A DNA stretch of 61,467 bases, counting the filler, from Actinomycetota bacterium (GTDB lineage Bacteria > Actinomycetota > Acidimicrobiia > Spongiisociales > UBA4744): assembly GCA_013152275.1 (NCBI GenBank). It is 6 parts of 6 records of this genome, joined end to end, with 100 filler letters (N's around TTAATTAATTAA, not from the genome) between each part and the next. Parts side by side here need not be neighbours in the genome. Positions count along the whole stretch, not along the records: positions 1 to 21,725 come from JAADGS010000012.1; 5 more parts are not named here. One strand, given 5' to 3'. This document shows positions 1 through 10,709 of the stretch, piece by piece. The stretch's first letter is position 1; the number at the start of each line of letters is the position of its first letter. Under the pieces are notes generated by a model. The model was not told the origin of the DNA. It made no database searches and saw only the letters and a program-made list of their open reading frames with translations. The position numbers and the translations under genes are program-made.

Positions 1-790
1 TAGTCAACTCCTCATACACCCTGGGATGCGTCTTACCGAAACCGACAGCCAGGTAACCCCCATTGGACTCAGGCTGCTTCTGCTTGATGATATCGGCCTC
101 GATCGTCACACCGATATGATTCGCCTGACCGGTCAGATCCGCCGACGCCTCATAATTCGTACCATCCACCGTGAACGCCCCGTTGCGCACATAGCACCAC
201 AACACCGTGAACATGCCGAGCTGATGAGCGAGCTCGAACGCCTCGGACACCTCTTGCAGCTGACGCATCGATTCTTGGGAACCGAAGTAGATCGTGGCAC
301 CGACAGCGGTGGCACCGAGGTCGAAAGCCTTCTCCACCGATCCGAACATCACCTGGTCATAAGTGGCCGGATAGGTGAGAAGCTCGTTGTGATTGATCTT
401 GACGATGAACGGGATCTTGTGCGCATACCGTCGCGACACGGCACCAAGCACACCGAACGTACTCGCCACCGCATTACAGCCACCCTCGATCGCCAACTCG
501 ACGATGTTCTTCGGGTCGAAATAGGCAGGATTGGGAGCGAACGACGCCGCTGCCGAATGCTCGATCCCCTGGTCGACAGGCAGAATCGAGATGTACCCGG
601 TCCCCGCCAACCTGCCATGGTCATACAACGACTGCATGTTGCGCAGCACCTGCGGTGACCGGTCCGTCTGCGCGACCACACGGTCGACGAAGTCGGGACC
701 GGGCAGCTCCAGGCTCTCCTTCGGAATGCCCTCCGATTCATGCGTCAACAGATCCTCGGCGTCGTCACCCAGCAGCTTCTCCAGATCCAT
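1..790 (-). CDS. fbaB: Class I fructose-bisphosphate aldolase (DhnA type), 3' end runs off window
   Basis: Manual minus-strand translation: [17 protein letters not shown]...[30 protein letters not shown]...[11 protein letters not shown]...GATIYFGS...[30 protein letters not shown] upstream. Absent from the ORF track because it has no stop in the window. Confidence 0.9.
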   Translation of the reverse strand, partial: MDLEKLLGDDAEDLLTHESEGIPKESLELPGPDFVDRVVAQTDRSPQVLRNMQSLYDHGRLAGTGYISILPVDQGIEHSAAASFAPNPAYFDPKNIVELAIEGGCNAVASTFGVLGAVSRRYAHKIPFIVKINHNELLTYPATYDQVMFGSVEKAFDLGATAVGATIYFGSQESMRQLQEVSEAFELAHQLGMFTVLWCYVRNGAFTVDGTNYEASADLTGQANHIGVTIEADIIKQKQPESNGGYLAVGFGKTHPRVYEELT

Positions 791-960
791 ACGATCATCT
801 CCATCGTTCGTACAACAAAACCAACCCATTATGACCCACAACAGACGTCGAGTGCCAGACCGACGAGCGGGAAGGCCTCCACTCTCGTATCGCGTCATAT
901 GAGGGCAACGGCTCTACGCGGTGGCGATTCTTGTTCGGATCGGCAGGCTTGGCGAGCTGG

Positions 961-1665
961 TCAGATGGCTCGGCCGATACCGGCCAGGTGGGTGTTGAAG
1001 TCGGACCGGGGGTCGTTCCTGCGTTTGGAGAGGAACGAATCCAGTTCCATCGCGTCGCCCAGGGCAGTCCCCGAGGCGATTTCACGGGCCAGCGCCTCTT
1101 CCCGTCGAAGGGCGACCGCGGCACGGTCGAAGACTGCTTCGAGGTCACCGGCCTCGAGGACGACCAGACCGTCCGCATCCCCGAACACCCACATCCCCGG
1201 AGCGACGTCGACTCCGCCGATCGACACAGGCTCCCCGACGACACCGATGCCCTTCATGGGAGCCGGAACCTTGAGCGGACCCACCGGGTGGGAACCTCGA
1301 CAATGGACAGGGACCCGCAGATCCACGAGATCGACGATGTCTCGCACCAGTCCATCAACCACAAACCCCGCCAGCCCTTTCCGAACCGCCTCGGTTCCGA
1401 TCAGATCACCGATCAGCGCCACATCCGCCATACGGTTGGCGATCACCACAACGTCGTTCGGAGCGGCTCGGTGGACCGCCTCCAGAATGGAAACCAGGTC
1501 GTTGTTCGCTTCGACCGTGATCGCCGGACCGGCCAACCTGCCATGCAGGTCGAGAGGCCGCAGTCCCGGCGACGGCAGTCCCACCTCGATCCCGCCCCGG
1601 AACGCAGCGTCGGCCAGCAGCGAGGTGCTGTAGTGCTCCCTGAACAGATACGAATAGTCTGTCAT
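961..1665 (-). CDS. RraA/HMG-aldolase family protein
   Basis: STSLLADA, LAGPAITV, ALIGDLI, GFVVDGLVRD, VFGDADGLVV motifs; GGAG RBS. Confidence 0.8.
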   Translation of the reverse strand: MTDYSYLFREHYSTSLLADAAFRGGIEVGLPSPGLRPLDLHGRLAGPAITVEANNDLVSILEAVHRAAPNDVVVIANRMADVALIGDLIGTEAVRKGLAGFVVDGLVRDIVDLVDLRVPVHCRGSHPVGPLKVPAPMKGIGVVGEPVSIGGVDVAPGMWVFGDADGLVVLEAGDLEAVFDRAAVALRREEALAREIASGTALGDAMELDSFLSKRRNDPRSDFNTHLAGIGRAI

Positions 1666-2045
1666 GATTCTCCTTCCGGCGTCTCCATCCCCAGGCGGCC
1701 ACCGGACCGGGCTCGGCGCCCTGCCATCACCCGACCGAGAACACCGCTACACCACCCCATCTCTTCACTCGGCTGCGGTCGCAAGGATGAGTCGGCTCGC
1801 GTCACTCCTCAGGATCGAAGGCTAACGGCCGAGCTTCAACTCCATCGAGTTCGGTTCGCCACCACAATCGTTCACCGCCCTCGTCCAGGCACACCGGTGC
1901 CGGCCGGCGACGACGCCGATCATGATGCCGCACGAGCGTCCACCGCAGACCTCCTCTTCCGAGGCGAGACAGAGCATCCCGCGCGATGACCGGGTCGTCA
2001 ACCGGTGGAAAGACCCGCCCGCGATCGGCCCGATTGCGCTTGGTC

Positions 2046-2691
2046 TCACCGCAGGTGGATGATGTTGCCGGTGATGAGTCGGGCATGGTCGGACACGAGA
2101 TAGGCGATAACGTCGGCAACCTCCTCCGGTTGAGCGATATGGATGAGCGCGGAGCTGTCATCGACGGCTCGGCGGACCTGGTCGGTGACCCACCCGGTGT
2201 CGGTGACCGGCGGGTAGAGGACGTTCGCGGTGATACCCCGGCCGGCGAGCTCGAACGCAGCGGACATCGTGTAGTTCTCCAAGGCGGATTTGGCGGCACC
2301 GTAGGAAACTTCCTCGGGGAAGCCGAGAGAGCCTCCCGAGGTGAGCGCGATGATCCTCCCCCACGACAGTCCGTGACGGGCATGTCGCAGAGCAAACTCC
2401 GAGATCAACAGCGCCGTGGCTCGAGCGTCGACCAAGAACTGTTTGTCGATCGCCGCCGTCGGCGATCGCTTGAACAACATGCTCTGCGTCACGACCACGG
2501 TTGCGCCGAAACGTGTCCGGGATCCCGGGATCAGTCGCGTCCTCGATACGAAGATAGGTGATGAGCACTGCTGCCCCACAGGCGGCCAGACAAGAGGCGG
2601 TGACCCCACCGATGCCGTGATTGGCACCGGTGACCACCGCCACACGACCGGACAGATCAACGAACGGGAACGAAGAAACATGAGACGACAT
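2046..2691 (-). pseudogene. SDR-family oxidoreductase with internal deletion/frameshift
   Basis: N-terminus VAVVTGANHGIG in one frame; YGAAK catalytic motif and ITGNIIHLR C-terminus in another; frames meet at 2451-2460 with the central segment missing. Confidence 0.75.
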
Positions 2692-2916
2692 CAACAAACC
2701 TCCAAGCCGGAAACGGAACCAACGATGGAACAGGAGGTCTGAGTCGCTACATGCCGGGGCGCACCGTAGCGCTTCCCAAACCAGGATGACCGCACCAGCC
2801 GGCTATCCGGGCATCAGAATGTCCGTGTGGGCGACCCACCCTCATAGACCGGGGCCGAGTCACCCGGCTCCAGAACCAGGGCCGGTCCCGGCAACCGACT
2901 CGGCCGGTGCAAGGAC

Positions 2917-3987
2917 TCAGGATCGACCGAGAGAGCGCTCGGCCTTCTCTCCGATCACCGTCTCCTTGGGAGGCGAGACGTGACGATCCACGGCCGCAGC
3001 GATCCGTCGCAGCTCGTCCATCATCGAGGAGAACCCCTCCAGGGTCAGGCTCTGCTTGCCGTCGCTGAGTGCCGAATCCGGGTCGTTGTGAACCTCGACG
3101 ATGACCCCGTCGGCTCCCGCGGCCACCGCCGCTCGGGCCAGATACGGGACCAGGCTCCGATCCCCGGCCGCATGGCTGGGGTCCACGATCACGGGAAGGT
3201 GGGTCCGTTGTTTGAGCACCGGCACGGCACTGACATCGAGAGTGTTTCGCGTGGCCGTCTCGAACGTTCTGATCCCGCGTTCGCACAGGACGACTCCGGG
3301 ATTCCCGGCCGCCACGACATACTCGGCCGCCAAGAGAACCTCTTCGATCGTAGATGCGATACCTCGTTTGAGGAGGACCGGACGCGGCTGTGCGCCAACC
3401 TCGGAGAGCAACCTGAAGTTCTGCATGTTCCGCGCACCGATCTGGAGCATATCGGCGTAGCGACCAACCAGCCCGACGTCTTCCGGGGCGACCACTTCGG
3501 TGATGACCGGCAGGCCCGTCTCCTCGCGAGCTTGGGCCAACAGCACCAGCCCTTCCTCGCCGAGGCCCTGGAAGCTGTACGGTGAGCTGCGCGGCTTGAA
3601 AGCGCCCCCTCGAAGCATCCGGGCTCCGGCAAGCGCCACTGCCACACCCACGGCGGAAAGCTGCTCCTTGCTCTCGACCGAACACGGTCCGGCCATCACC
3701 ACGACCTCGTCTCCACCGATTCGCAAATCCCCGACCCTGATCTCCGAGGGCTCAGGGTGATGCTCTCTGGACACTTGCGGGTACGGCGCCGCCACGGCGC
3801 GGATCTCGGCCACACCGGGCATCTCGGCGAGATCTGCAGTGAGAGCCGGCCCATCACCGCCGATGAGCCCGATGTGGGTCTCCTCACCGATCTCGGTCAC
3901 CAAGGGCCTCGCCCCTTGACGTTCGATGAAACGGACCACCGCGGCCTTGTTCTTCAGTGAGCAGTTTCTCTCCAGAACGACGATCAC
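2917..3987 (-). CDS. aroF: DAHP synthase, class I-beta, with N-terminal regulatory domain
   Basis: [47 protein letters not shown] motifs; start overlaps trpA stop. Confidence 0.92.
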   Translation of the reverse strand: MIVVLERNCSLKNKAAVVRFIERQGARPLVTEIGEETHIGLIGGDGPALTADLAEMPGVAEIRAVAAPYPQVSREHHPEPSEIRVGDLRIGGDEVVVMAGPCSVESKEQLSAVGVAVALAGARMLRGGAFKPRSSPYSFQGLGEEGLVLLAQAREETGLPVITEVVAPEDVGLVGRYADMLQIGARNMQNFRLLSEVGAQPRPVLLKRGIASTIEEVLLAAEYVVAAGNPGVVLCERGIRTFETATRNTLDVSAVPVLKQRTHLPVIVDPSHAAGDRSLVPYLARAAVAAGADGVIVEVHNDPDSALSDGKQSLTLEGFSSMMDELRRIAAAVDRHVSPPKETVIGEKAERSLGRS

Positions 3988-4769
3988 GCCGATTCCTCCT
4001 CGACCCGTAGCCCATCGAGGAATGTACCCGGATCCTCGCCCCTATCGATCGCGTCGATCAGGGCGCTCCCCACGATCACCCCGTCGACGTGGCCGGACAG
4101 GGCTTCGACCTGACTCCGGCTGCGAACGCCGAACCCCGCCATCACCGGCAGCGACGTCGCCGACCGAACCCGGTCCAGATACGCGAACTCCTCGACACCC
4201 AGCACGGCCTCGCCGCCGGTGACCGCGGTCCTGGTCACCGCATAGACGAATCCCCTACTCGTCGTGGCAATCCGGGCGAGACGCCCAGAAGATGTGGTGG
4301 GCGTGACGAGCTTGACCAAGGCCAGACCCACGGGCTCCAACACCTCCACGATCGGAGCGTCCTCCTCCAAAGGAAGATCGGGGACGATCAAACCCGACGT
4401 GCGGGTGTCGATCATCGCCGATGCGAGCCGATCGAGACCGAATGCCAGGAAGGGGTTGTAGTAGCCCATCAGCAGATGAGGGGCGCCCAGACTCTGCAGC
4501 CGATCTGCGAGCAGTTCGAAGATCCACTCCAGGGTGACTCCGTTGCCCAGCGCGACGTGACTCGCCTGCTGGATGGTCAGCCCATCGGCCATCGGATCTG
4601 TGAACGGCACCCCGATTTCCACGACGGTGGCCGACTGCGCCACCGCCGCCAGGATGTCCGGGAAGGACTCCAGCGTCGGGTAGCCGGCCGTTATGTAGGC
4701 ACAGATGGCGGGACCCGAAGAACCCCGAATCGCGTCTGAGATCGCCTTGGAACCAACCGACTCAGACAT
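3984..4769 (-). CDS. trpA: Tryptophan synthase alpha
   Basis: [42 protein letters not shown]. Confidence 0.95.
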   Translation of the reverse strand: MSESVGSKAISDAIRGSSGPAICAYITAGYPTLESFPDILAAVAQSATVVEIGVPFTDPMADGLTIQQASHVALGNGVTLEWIFELLADRLQSLGAPHLLMGYYNPFLAFGLDRLASAMIDTRTSGLIVPDLPLEEDAPIVEVLEPVGLALVKLVTPTTSSGRLARIATTSRGFVYAVTRTAVTGGEAVLGVEEFAYLDRVRSATSLPVMAGFGVRSRSQVEALSGHVDGVIVGSALIDAIDRGEDPGTFLDGLRVEEESA

Positions 4770-5982
4770 GTGAAACCTCCCCGGTCAGAAGTTGGAGATC
4801 CTTGTCTCCCCGCCCCGAGAGGCCGATGACGATCCGGCCACCCTGGTGATCCCTTGCCCACCGCCGGGCACCGGCAAGGGCGTGCGCCGACTCGAGTGCG
4901 GGAAGAATCCCCTCCACCGCGCTGCACTCGTGCAGCGCATCGAGGGCCTCGTCGTCGGTCACCGACTCGTATCTCGCCCGGCCCAGGTCGCGCAAGAGGG
5001 CATGCTCGGGACCGACCCCCGGGTAGTCGAGGCCGGGAGCGATCGAGTGTGTTTCGAGAATCTGACCGTCGCCATCCTGCAGGAGTGGTGTCATGGCGCC
5101 GTGCAGCACGCCCGGGCTGCCGGCGCCGAGAGTGGCCGAATGCGGATCACCGGCACGACCTCGTCCGGCAGCCTCGATCCCCAGCAACTTCACCTCTGCG
5201 TCACCCACGAAACCGCGGAACAGCCCGATCGCGTTCGATCCGCCTCCCACACAGGCAACCGCCACGCTGGGGAGCCCAACCCCCGAGGCGAGCAGTTGCG
5301 CCCGAGCCTCGTTGCCGATGACCGACTGGAACTCGCGCACCATCCACGGGTAGGGATGTGGACCGACGACCGACCCCAGCAGGTAGTAGGTGCCTTCGGG
5401 GTCGGCAACCCAGGCGCGCATCGCCTCGTCGATCGCCGCCCGCAGCGTCTGGTCGCCCGCCTCGACGAGGATCACCTCTGCGCCGAGCAGTTTCATCCGC
5501 TCCAGATTGGGTTTCTGACGCCGGGCATCGATCACCCCCATGTACACGGTGCAGGGAAGTCCGACCCTGGCGGCGGCGGCGGCGGTGGCGACACCATGCT
5601 GCCCTGCTCCCGTCTCGGCGACGATTCGTTCGACACCCAGTCGACGAGCAATGAGCGCCTGGCCCAATGCGTTGTTGATCTTGTGGGCGCCCGTGTGACA
5701 GAGATCCTCTCTCTTGAGATAGACCTCCGCTCCCCAGCGCGCACCGAGCGACGGGGCGGGGGTCAGCGCCGTGGGACGTCCGATGAAGTCACGCTGTTCC
5801 CTCTCCAACTCGCCAAGAAACGTGGGATCGCCGAGCAGCTCCACCGCGCGACGCTCGAGCCTCTCCAGCACTCCGATCAGCGTCTCGGGAACGAATGCTC
5901 CTCCATACGGTCCGAACCGACCTCGTGGTGGTGGCCTCCCTTCGACCAATCGGTCCAGGAGCGAAGCAGCCGTGTCGGTCAT
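4762..5982 (-). CDS. trpB: Tryptophan synthase beta
   Basis: LKREDLCHTGAHKIN, AETGAGQHG, CVGGGSNA, GLDYPGVGP, LSGRGDKD. Confidence 0.97.
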   Translation of the reverse strand: MTDTAASLLDRLVEGRPPPRGRFGPYGGAFVPETLIGVLERLERRAVELLGDPTFLGELEREQRDFIGRPTALTPAPSLGARWGAEVYLKREDLCHTGAHKINNALGQALIARRLGVERIVAETGAGQHGVATAAAAARVGLPCTVYMGVIDARRQKPNLERMKLLGAEVILVEAGDQTLRAAIDEAMRAWVADPEGTYYLLGSVVGPHPYPWMVREFQSVIGNEARAQLLASGVGLPSVAVACVGGGSNAIGLFRGFVGDAEVKLLGIEAAGRGRAGDPHSATLGAGSPGVLHGAMTPLLQDGDGQILETHSIAPGLDYPGVGPEHALLRDLGRARYESVTDDEALDALHECSAVEGILPALESAHALAGARRWARDHQGGRIVIGLSGRGDKDLQLLTGEVSHV

Positions 5983-6599
5983 GTTCCCACCAATCCTTTC
6001 TCGGTCTCTCGGACCGCTTCAACAAACGCTCGGATCCGGCCCGGGTCCTTCACACCGGGCTCGGACTCCACACCACTACTGACATCGACACCAAAAGGGT
6101 GAACCGTCCTGATGGCCTCGCCGACATTGTCGGGATCGAGACCTCCTGCCAGCGTCACCCGGCCCCGACGGGCGACGCCGAAGGCACGGGTCCAGTCGAC
6201 CGTACGCCCCGCACCGCTGCGGCGCCCCTCGTAGACGAGCCTGCAATCGGTCGAGCTCCCCAGGTACGTGTCGAGTTCGGCCTGGACACGCTCCGACTCC
6301 CGGAACACCGGCAGCAGCCGCCTGCCGTCCAGATCCTCGAGATACGCGTGATCGGCCTGGACGACATCCGCATCGAAGACAGCGAGCGCCCGCGCGAGTT
6401 CGCCGGCCGTCGGACGAAGGAACACGGCCACCCGATCGATGCTCCTTGGAAGCTCTGGTGCAAGTCGGACTGCCTGTTCCGGTGTGACCTGCCGGAGGGA
6501 GGACGCGAACACGAACCCGACCGAGTCGGCGCCGGCTTCTGCCGCCGCGATCGCCCCAGGGAGGTCGGTGATGCCACAGATCTTGACGTGGATTCTCAT
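5979..6599 (-). CDS. trpF: Phosphoribosylanthranilate isomerase
   Basis: VKICGIT, LAGGLDPDNV, GVDVSSGVE...GVKD. Confidence 0.92.
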   Translation of the reverse strand: MRIHVKICGITDLPGAIAAAEAGADSVGFVFASSLRQVTPEQAVRLAPELPRSIDRVAVFLRPTAGELARALAVFDADVVQADHAYLEDLDGRRLLPVFRESERVQAELDTYLGSSTDCRLVYEGRRSGAGRTVDWTRAFGVARRGRVTLAGGLDPDNVGEAIRTVHPFGVDVSSGVESEPGVKDPGRIRAFVEAVRETEKGLVGT

Positions 6600-7420
6600 G
6601 ACACCGACCTCGCCCGTATCGCATTCCGGCCGGCGGCGATCATGGCCCTGGTGGCGACGCCCGGCTCATCCGAGGTCACCAGCGCCGTTCCGACCAGAGC
6701 CAGCCGGTATCCGAGGCGAGCAGCCGCCGCAGCATCTGCAAGAGTTCTCACACCGCTCTCCGCGACCCGGGGAAGGTGCTCGGGAAGCAGCGGGGCCAGG
6801 GATGCCAGACGTGTCGAGTCGACGTCCAGCGTGCTCAGGTTTCGAGAGTTCACCCCGACCAGGACACCGGCGTCGAACACGGCCGAGGCCACCTCGAGGT
6901 CGCTCTCATCGAAGATCTCCACGAGAGCGAACATGCCGAACTCGTCGGCGATCGCCGTCATCTCCTGCAGAAGGGAGGAATCCATCATCTTTGCGATGAG
7001 TAGCACCCCCGATGCGCCGGCCGCTCGAGCCTGGATCACCTGGATCGGATCCACCAGAAAGTCTTTGCAGAGCACCGGCACGTCCACCGCCGAGGCCGCC
7101 GCCTCCAGGTACTCGAGGTGGCCGTCGAAGCGCTCCGGCTCCGTCAAGACCGACACGGCAACGGCGCCGGCCTCTGCATAGGACCGGGCGAGCTTCACCA
7201 CGGCGCCCTGCGGGTCGCCATCTCTGAGAAGCGGACCGTCGGCCGGGCTGGTCAGCTTCGTCTCGGCGATCAGATCGAAGCCATCTGGGGACAGGATCAG
7301 AGGCCGAGCCGGTCGGGCGGACGCGGCGCGCGAGGTCAGCCCCATCACCCCGAAGCGGCGGCGCGCCGCTTCGGCCCGGCTGCGGCTGGAATCGGCCATC
7401 GTGGTGAGGAAGTCAGACAT
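6596..7420 (-). CDS. trpC: Indole-3-glycerol phosphate synthase
   Basis: IAETKLTSP, SVLTEP, LCKDF, GVNSRNL, AESGV. Confidence 0.93.
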   Translation of the reverse strand: MSDFLTTMADSSRSRAEAARRRFGVMGLTSRAASARPARPLILSPDGFDLIAETKLTSPADGPLLRDGDPQGAVVKLARSYAEAGAVAVSVLTEPERFDGHLEYLEAAASAVDVPVLCKDFLVDPIQVIQARAAGASGVLLIAKMMDSSLLQEMTAIADEFGMFALVEIFDESDLEVASAVFDAGVLVGVNSRNLSTLDVDSTRLASLAPLLPEHLPRVAESGVRTLADAAAAARLGYRLALVGTALVTSDEPGVATRAMIAAGRNAIRARSVS

Positions 7421-8423
7421 GGTTCGTCCCGCCGAGACGGCCGAGGAGATCCGACGCCCGCCCGTCGTCGATGGCGGCCGACGCGCTCGCCAGTGCTCGA
7501 ACCGGATCCTGATCGCGCCCGGTCACTCGAAGGGCGAGCGACGCACCCAGAACGATGGCGTCGCGGTGGGGCCCGTCCTCCCCCTCGAGAACCCGGCGGA
7601 GCGCTCCGGCGTTGAATGCGGGGTCGCCGCCTGCCAGGTCCTCGGCCAGGCATCGTCGCAGTCCGAAGTCGGCCGGATCCTCCACCGAGTCGATAACGGA
7701 GCCGGGGGTCACGTCGAACATGGAGTACGGTCCCATCGGGGTGGGCTCGTCCCAGCTCAGCGCACCGTTCACGACAAAAGCCCGTTCGATCGGCATCTCG
7801 GACAGCGTCGCTGCGAGCATCCGGGCGGCGTCGAGACTGTACGCGCCGATCACGGCGAACGGTGGTGTCGCCGGATTGGCCAGCGGTCCGGCGAGATTGA
7901 AGATCGTTCGGACTCCCAGAGCCCTTCGCACCGGTGCGATGGACTTCATCGCAGGGTGATAGGCAGGAGCGAAGAGGAAGGTGAAGCCCGTGTCGCCGAA
8001 CACGCGTGCCGCCTCCTTCGCGTCCCAGGGAACACTCATCCCGAGGGCGGCGAGCACGTCGGCGCTGCCACTCCGGCTCGAGATCGACCGATTCCCGTGT
8101 TTGATCACCGGAACGCCTGCTGCCGCGGCGACCAAGGCCGAACCGGTGGAGAGATTGAGACTCCCCGACCCGTCGCCGCCCGTCCCGACGATGTCGACCG
8201 CCGCAGCGTCGACAGGAATGTCGGGGCGAATGGCGATCTCACGCAGCCCGAGGGCGAACGCCCTGACCTCATCGGGCGTCTCACCTTTGGCTCGAAGGCC
8301 GGCGAGCGCGGCCGCGGCCAGAACCGGGTCCAGATCCGGGTCGGTCAGATGGCCGAGCATCACGCGGGCCTCGCGTTCGGTGAGATCGACGCCGGAGAGC
8401 ACTTTGTCGATGAGCACCCTCAT
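7413..8423 (-). CDS. trpD: Anthranilate phosphoribosyltransferase
   Basis: DIVGTGGDG, KHGNRSISSRSGSADVL, RTIFNLAGPLANP. Confidence 0.95.
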   Translation of the reverse strand: MRVLIDKVLSGVDLTEREARVMLGHLTDPDLDPVLAAAALAGLRAKGETPDEVRAFALGLREIAIRPDIPVDAAAVDIVGTGGDGSGSLNLSTGSALVAAAAGVPVIKHGNRSISSRSGSADVLAALGMSVPWDAKEAARVFGDTGFTFLFAPAYHPAMKSIAPVRRALGVRTIFNLAGPLANPATPPFAVIGAYSLDAARMLAATLSEMPIERAFVVNGALSWDEPTPMGPYSMFDVTPGSVIDSVEDPADFGLRRCLAEDLAGGDPAFNAGALRRVLEGEDGPHRDAIVLGASLALRVTGRDQDPVRALASASAAIDDGRASDLLGRLGGTNHV

Positions 8424-9034
8424 GACGAGACCACCGCGAGAGCCTCGGAGGCGTTCACCGGGTCGAGATCGAGAAAGTTCTGCAAAAGCCGGTCACCCGC
8501 CGGGGTGAGCACGCTCTCCGGGTGGAACTGGACCCCCTCGATCGGCAACTCCCGATGCCGGATGCCCATGATCTCTCCCTCCGACGTGTAGGCCGAGATC
8601 ATCAGCTCGGAAGCAAGACCCTCTTCGGCCACGGCCAGGGAGTGGTATCTCCCCGCCTGCAACGGGTTGGAAAGTCCCTGGAAGATGGTGCGTCTGTCGT
8701 GATACACGGGCGACGCCTTCCCATGCATGAGCGTCTGCGCGGGACCGACCGTGCTTCCGAACACGGCGGCCACCGCCTGATGACCAAGGCACACACCCAG
8801 GATGGGGATCCGCTCGGCGAAGGCCTCGATGATGGCCATCGAGACACCGGCGCCCTCCGGTCGGCCTGGTCCCGGCGAGACGACCACGTGACTGGGCTCG
8901 AGAGCCATCGCGCCGTCCACCGTGATCTGGTCATTGGTCCTGACGCTCACCTCGGCGCCCAAGGTCATGAAGGCTTGAACCAGGTTGTAGGTGAATGAGT
9001 CATAGTTGTCGATCATCAGTACGTGGCGATTCAT
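8420..9034 (-). CDS. trpG: Anthranilate synthase component II (glutamine amidotransferase)
   Basis: IDNYDSFTYNL, SPGPG, GVCLGHQ, RYHSL, QFHPES. Confidence 0.95.
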   Translation of the reverse strand: MNRHVLMIDNYDSFTYNLVQAFMTLGAEVSVRTNDQITVDGAMALEPSHVVVSPGPGRPEGAGVSMAIIEAFAERIPILGVCLGHQAVAAVFGSTVGPAQTLMHGKASPVYHDRRTIFQGLSNPLQAGRYHSLAVAEEGLASELMISAYTSEGEIMGIRHRELPIEGVQFHPESVLTPAGDRLLQNFLDLDPVNASEALAVVSS

Positions 9035-10395
9035 AGGCCCTCCTTTGCCAGTGCGAAGGCTGCTCCGAGCGCTGCCGCTTTGGACAGGACTTCTTCGTAT
9101 TCACGCGCCGGGTCGCTGTCGGCAACGATCCCCGCACCCGCCTGGTAGCTGTATCCGCCCTCTCCGAAGACCATCGTGCGGATCGTGATGGCCTGGTCCA
9201 TCGAGCCGCCATGGCCGAAGTACCCCACGGAACCGGAGTAGAGACCCCGGGACACCGGTTCGAGATCATCGATCAGCTCGATGGCCCGCAGCTTTGGCGC
9301 TCCCGACACCGTTCCTGCAGGGAACGTGGCACGGAAGAGATCCAGAGCGTCGAGGCCGGGACGCATCTCGCCGGTGACTCCGCTCACCATGTGCATGACG
9401 TGGCTGTAGCGCTCGACGGTGCGGTACGGATCGACCTTGACCGACCCGGCCACCGCCGTGCGGCCGAGATCGTTGCGCGCCAGATCCACGAGCATCACAT
9501 GCTCGGCGGCCTCCTTCGGGTCGGCCAGGAGCTGACGCTCCAGGAGCTTGTCGTGCTCGTCGCCGTCGCCTCGCGGGCGAGTGCCGGCGATCGGCCGAAG
9601 CTCGGCTCTCGTGCCGCTGAGTTTGGCGAGTGCCTCCGGGGATGAGCCGACCACTTGGAGATCCTCGAAGTCGACGAAGTACATGTACGGGGACGGATTC
9701 AGCAGGCGGAGTGCCCGATATGCGGCAAAAGGCTCGAGAGATGTCCTGCCCGCGAAGTTGATCGAAAGGACCAGTTGATAGACGTCCCCGGCGGTGATGT
9801 GCCGTTTCACCGTCCCGACGCCCGAGATGAACTGATCCCTCGACATGCTCAGCACCGGCGGCTCGTGGCTTCTCGAGCCGTTGCGCACCTCGACGGGGCC
9901 ACGCAGAATCCTGATCACTTCCCTGCGGAGTGCAGCCCGGTCGGATTCCGCCCCGGCATGGAGAAGTGCGATGCGCCGGGTCAGGTGGTCGAAGACCAGG
10001 ATCGACTCGGTCGCCATATAGGCACCTTCGGGATGCATCGAGAGGTGCGGTGCCGGCGGTAACGGATAGAAACGTCGAACCAGGTCGAACGCGGCGACAC
10101 CGACGAGACCGCCGGAGAAGGGCTGATCCGGCATGAAGGGACCGCACTGCGGTGCTCTCTCGAGCGCGATTCTCAGACCGTCGAGCGGTTCGCGCGACAC
10201 GAGCTCACCGCCGACGCTCACACCCTCCCGGTCGATGGCGACATGCAGGGTCTCACCGAAGCCGATGAACGAATACCGACCTTGATGTCCCCCCTCCACG
10301 CTCTCGAGTAGGTAGCGGGGGCCCAACGGCTCCAACCGCAGATACGCCGAGACCGGTGTGTGCAGGTCGGCTGCGATGTCGAATGGTGTCTGCAT
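9031..10395 (-). CDS. trpE: Anthranilate synthase component I
   Basis: LLES, NPSPYMY, PIAGTRPRG, EHVMLVDLARNDLGR, PAGTVSGAPK. Confidence 0.95.
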   Translation of the reverse strand: MQTPFDIAADLHTPVSAYLRLEPLGPRYLLESVEGGHQGRYSFIGFGETLHVAIDREGVSVGGELVSREPLDGLRIALERAPQCGPFMPDQPFSGGLVGVAAFDLVRRFYPLPPAPHLSMHPEGAYMATESILVFDHLTRRIALLHAGAESDRAALRREVIRILRGPVEVRNGSRSHEPPVLSMSRDQFISGVGTVKRHITAGDVYQLVLSINFAGRTSLEPFAAYRALRLLNPSPYMYFVDFEDLQVVGSSPEALAKLSGTRAELRPIAGTRPRGDGDEHDKLLERQLLADPKEAAEHVMLVDLARNDLGRTAVAGSVKVDPYRTVERYSHVMHMVSGVTGEMRPGLDALDLFRATFPAGTVSGAPKLRAIELIDDLEPVSRGLYSGSVGYFGHGGSMDQAITIRTMVFGEGGYSYQAGAGIVADSDPAREYEEVLSKAAALGAAFALAKEGL

Positions 10396-10437
10396 GTCTC
10401 CTCAATCCTTTGCGATGTGAGGAGTGTTTGCTGCATC

Positions 10438-10470
10438 AGGAAACCCACCTCACGTTCCTCCGAGGTGGGC
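10438..10470 (-). terminator. trp attenuator terminator hairpin
   Basis: Minus strand GCCCACCTC-GGAGGAACGT-GAGGTGGG-TTTCCT, between the leader peptide and trpE. Confidence 0.75.
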
Positions 10471-10511
10471 TGGTGTGTTCTGTGTTCAGACAGGTTTGGT
10501 ATCGCCACCTC

Positions 10512-10565
10512 TTATCGGGACGACCACCACCACTGCTGGACTGAACAGGTGTTTCTCATACTCAT
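10512..10565 (-). CDS. trpL: trp operon leader peptide MSMRNTCSVQQWWWSSR
   Basis: Three tandem TGG codons in a 17-aa ORF about 120 nt upstream of trpE, followed by terminator/antiterminator sequences; alternative start at 10559. Confidence 0.88.
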   Translation of the reverse strand: MSMRNTCSVQQWWWSSR

Positions 10566-10575
10566 TGAAGCCGTA

Positions 10576-10604
10576 ACCGTACTGGGCGATCGGGCCGGGA
10601 GCAA
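10576..10604 (-). promoter_or_regulatory. Putative sigma70-type promoter of trp operon
   Basis: TTGCTC-17 nt-TACGGT, ending 10 nt before the trpL ATG. Confidence 0.55.
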
Positions 10605-10709
10605 GCGGTCGCATGGCTTCAGGCGATGCCGGGGGTTATTTCATCCGCATCGGCACGGCTGATGGCCCCCTCGCCGAGGGGCATCGAGGGGCTTGCGATC
10701 GAAGTCGGG

